From: the human T2T-CHM13v2.0 reference genome, Homo sapiens
Assembly: GCF_009914755.1 (NCBI RefSeq)
Contig: NC_060948.1
Direction: 5' to 3' (one strand)
DNA: 64,000 bases
The stretch's first letter is position 1. The number at the start of each line of letters is the position of its first letter. The notes beneath the pieces are model-generated. The model worked only from the letters and a program-made list of their open reading frames with translations. It was not told the DNA's origin and searched no databases. Shown in pieces: positions 60,391 to 64,000 of the stretch. The translations under genes and the position numbers were made by a program.

Positions 60391-63300
60391 ATGGACTCGT
60401 TTGGAATGGTGTAGTATGCAATGCAATCGACTGGCAGGGAATCAAAAGGAATGTAATCGAATGGATTGGACTGGAATGCAATGGACTCGAATAGATTGGA
60501 AACGGAATGCAAAGGAATGGAATGGAATAGTATGGAATGGAATGGAAAGGAATGGAGTGGAATAGACTAGAGTGGAATGGAATGGACTCGAAAGCAATGG
60601 ACTGGAATGGAACTTTCTTGAATGGACTGGAATCAAACGGAATGGAATGCAATGCAATCAAATGGCATGGAATAAAATAGAATGAAAGAGAATCAAACGG
60701 AATTGAATCGAATGGAATCGAATGGATTGGAAAGGAATAGAATGGAATGGAATGGAATTGACTCAAATGGAATGGACTAGAATGGAATGGATTCGAATGG
60801 AAGGCAAAGGAATGGAATCTATTGGAATGGACTGTAATGGAATGGAATGGAAGGGATTGGAATGGACTCGAATGGAATGGACTGCAGTAGAAAGGATTCG
60901 AATGGAATGAAAAAGAATTGAATGGAATAGAACACAATGGAATCAAACCTCATGAAATAGAATGGAATAGAAAGGAATGGAATGAAATCGAATGGAAAGG
61001 ATTCGAATGGAATGCAATCGAATGGAATGCAATCGAATGGAATGGAATCGAACGGAATGGAATAAAATGGAAGAAAACTGGCAAGAAATGGAATCGAAAT
61101 GAATGGAGTGTTAAGGAACGGACTCAAAAGGAATTGAATGTAATAGAATGGAGTGGAGTGGACTCGAATATAATGGACTGGAATGGAATGAAATCACATG
61201 GAATGGGAACGAATGGAATGGAATGGAAAGGAATGGAATCGAATGGAAAGGAATCGAATGGAAGGGAATGAAATTGAATCAACAGGAATGGAAGGGAATA
61301 GAATAGACGGTAATGGAATGGACTCGAATAGAATGGACACGAATGCTCAAATTGAATGGACTCGAATGGAATGGAAATGAAAGGAATGTCATCGAATGCA
61401 ATTCAATCGATTGGAATGAAATCGCATAGGATGGAGTGGAATCAAATGGAATTGAATCGAAAGGAAAAGAAGCGAATTGACTGAAATGAAATGGAATGGA
61501 ATGGAATGGAAAGTAATGCAACGGAATAGAATGGATTGAAATTTCACGGAATGGAATCAAACTGAATGGAATCAAATCAATGGAATATAATCAAATGGAA
61601 TGGAAAGGAATTGAATGGAGTAGATTGTATTGGATGGGATTGGAATGAAATGTACTGGAAAGGACTCGAATTTCATGAAACGGAATGGAATGTATTAGAA
61701 CGGAATGGACTCGAATGGAATTGAATGTCACGGAATGGCATCAAATGGAATGGCATCAATTGGAATGGAATCGAATGCAATGGAATGCTATGGAATGGAA
61801 TGGAATGCATTGGAATGGAATGTCCTCTAATGGAATGGATTCGAGTGGAATGGAATCGAATATAATGGAGTCTAATGAAATGGAATTGAAAGGAATGGGA
61901 TCCAATACAATGGAATATACTGGAATGTAATGTAATGAACTCGAATGTAATTGACTGGAATGGAATGTACATGAGTGGAATGTAATCGAATGGAAAGTAA
62001 TCCAATGGAATAGAATCTAATGCAATAAAATCGACTCAAATAGAGTAGAATGTAATGGAATGGAGTGCAGTGCAATGGAATGGAATGGAATGGGATGGAA
62101 TGGTATGGAATGGATAGTAATGGACTGGAGTGAAATGGACTGGAAAATAATGGACTCAAATTGAAAGGGCTCGAAAGGAATGGAGTCAAATGGAATGGTC
62201 TGGAATGGAATGAACACGAATGTAATGCAATCCAATAGAATGGAATCGAATGGCATGGAATATAAAGAAATGGAATCGAAGAGAATGGAAACAAATGGAA
62301 TGGAATTGAATGGAATGGAATTGAATGGAATGGGAACGAATGGAGTGAAATTGTATGCAGTAGAAGAGAATAGAATGGAATGCAAGCGAAAGGAAAGGAA
62401 TGGATTGGAATGGAATGGAATTCATTGGAATGGAAGGGAATGTAGTGTAATGGACAGGCCTGTAATAAAGTGGAATGCTACGGTCTCGAATGGAATAAAA
62501 ATGTATGGAATGGAATGCAATGAAACGGAATCGAATGTCATAGAAGTAATGGAATGCAAAAAAATGGACTCCAAAATCATTGACTGGAAAGGCTGGGTGT
62601 CGAAAGGAATTTACTCCAATGGAATGGAATCGAATGGAATGGAAGTGAATAGAATCGAACTAAATCGAACGGAATGGAATTGATAGGAACGGAATGGAAA
62701 GGAATGCAATGATTTCGCATGGAATGGAATCGAATGGCATCGAATGGAATGGAATGGAATGCAATGGAATGGAATGTATTAAAATGTAATGAACTTTAAT
62801 GGAATGTACTCGAATGGATTCGACTGGAATGGAATGTTCTCGAAGTGAATGGACTCCAATGGAATGGATTCGAAAGGAATGGAATCTAATGGAATGGAAT
62901 TAAATGGAAATGAATCAAATTGAATAGAACGGAATTGAATTGAATGGAATCGAATGCAATGGAATCTAATGAAACGGAAAGGAAAGGAATGGAATGGAAT
63001 GGAATGGAATGGGCTGGAATGGAATGGAATCGAAACGAATGGAATGGAATCGAACTGAAGAGACTGGAATGGAATACACTGGAATGGAAGGGAATGTAAT
63101 GGAAGGTTCTCGAAAAAAATGTAATTGAAAGGAATGGAATTGAGTGGAACGGAATAGAGTCGAATGGAATTCAATGGAATGGAATGGACTAGAGTGAAAT
63201 GGAATCGAACCACAAGGAATGGACAGGAATAGAATGGTCTCGAATTGAATGGAATCGTATCGAATGGCATCAAACGGAATGGAATGGACAGCCACGGAAT

Positions 63301-63903
63301 GGAATGCACTCGAATGCAATGGAGTCGAAACTAATGGACTGGAATAGAATGGACTCGACTGGTACGGACTCCAATGGAATGGAATCGAATGGAAGGGAAT
63401 CGAACGGAATGGACTCGAAGGGAAAAGACTGCAATGGAAAGGTCTCGAATGGAATGGAAATTAATGGAATGGAATGGAATCGAATGAAATGGAGTCAAAA
63501 GGAATGGAATCGAATGGCAAGAAATCGAATGTAATGGAATCGCAAGGAATTGATGTGAACGGAACGGAATGGAATGGAATCCAAAGGAATGGAATAGAAT
63601 GGAATGGAATCGAATGGAAAGGACTCGAATGGAAATCACTCGAATAGAATGCAATTTAATAAAATAGGATCAAATGTAATGGAATGGAATGGAAAGGAAT
63701 CGAAACGAAAGGAATGGAGACAGATGGAATGGAATGGAACAGAGAGCAATGGTATAGAATGGAATGGAATCATCTGGAATGGAATTGAATGGAATGGAAT
63801 AACATGAAATGGACTGGAATGGAATGGAATGCCCTTGAATTAAATGGACTGGAATGGAATGGACTCGAACAGAGTGGAATGGAAAGTGTTGAAATAGAAT
63901 GGA
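60391..63903 (+). repeat. DYZ1 unit 13 (3513 bp, lineage B)
   Basis: Marker spacing; 1-bp deletion tagaagtaat at ~62545. Confidence 0.9.
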
Positions 63904-64000
63904 ATGGACTCGTTTGGAATGGTCTAGTATGCAATGCAATCGACTGGCAGGGAATCAAAAGGAATGTAATCGAATGGATTGGACTGGAATGCAATGGACT
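63904..64000 (+). repeat. DYZ1 unit 14 (partial, window edge)
   Basis: Marker at 63942. Confidence 0.85.

Larger units (their letters stand above)
18707..64000 (+). repeat. DYZ1: DYZ1 / HSat3 satellite array, (GGAAT)n strand on +, ~3.5-kb higher-order unit
   Basis: Diverged GGAAT pentamers. The marker gactggcagg recurs at 18745, 21524, 25068, 28617, 32146, 35700, 39269, 42782, 46351, 49863, 53402, 56916, 60429, 63942. Full units carry a conserved EcoRI (e.g. 23533) and HaeIII/StuI site (e.g. 23572), as in the classical ~3.4/3.56-kb Y repeat. Confidence 0.97.

Noticed and set aside
18758-63994. Numerous ORFs up to 275 aa (MEWNG..., FHSIP...)
   Set aside because: These are direct translations of (GGAAT)n/(ATTCC)n, which has no stop codons. 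They overlap in several frames on both strands, and 5-bp and 1-bp indels show no frame conservation.

Overview
This window is human Yq12-type heterochromatin spanning one DYZ2-to-DYZ1 array boundary. Bases 1-18706 are a tandem array of ~2.42-kb DYZ2 (HSat1B) composite units. Each unit is a ~1.55-kb AT-rich segment, a ~292-bp minus-strand Alu with an internal 14-bp duplication, and a ~570-bp HSATI segment. Bases 18707-64000 are a DYZ1 (HSat3) array of diverged GGAAT pentamers in ~3.51-3.57-kb units (13 complete plus one partial). I find no supportable protein-coding gene, RNA gene or CRISPR array, and no new biological system; all ORFs in the track are translation artefacts of the repeats. The interest is structural. 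There is a nucleotide-sharp junction, an Alu-less deleted DYZ2 unit, and an older-looking layer of DYZ2 units next to the junction. The first DYZ1 unit is only 2779 bp and lacks the diagnostic EcoRI/HaeIII block. The DYZ1 array is a mosaic of sub-lineages with out-of-register tandem duplications, a 7082-bp dimer and long-range sharing of variants. All coordinates and comparisons were made by eye.
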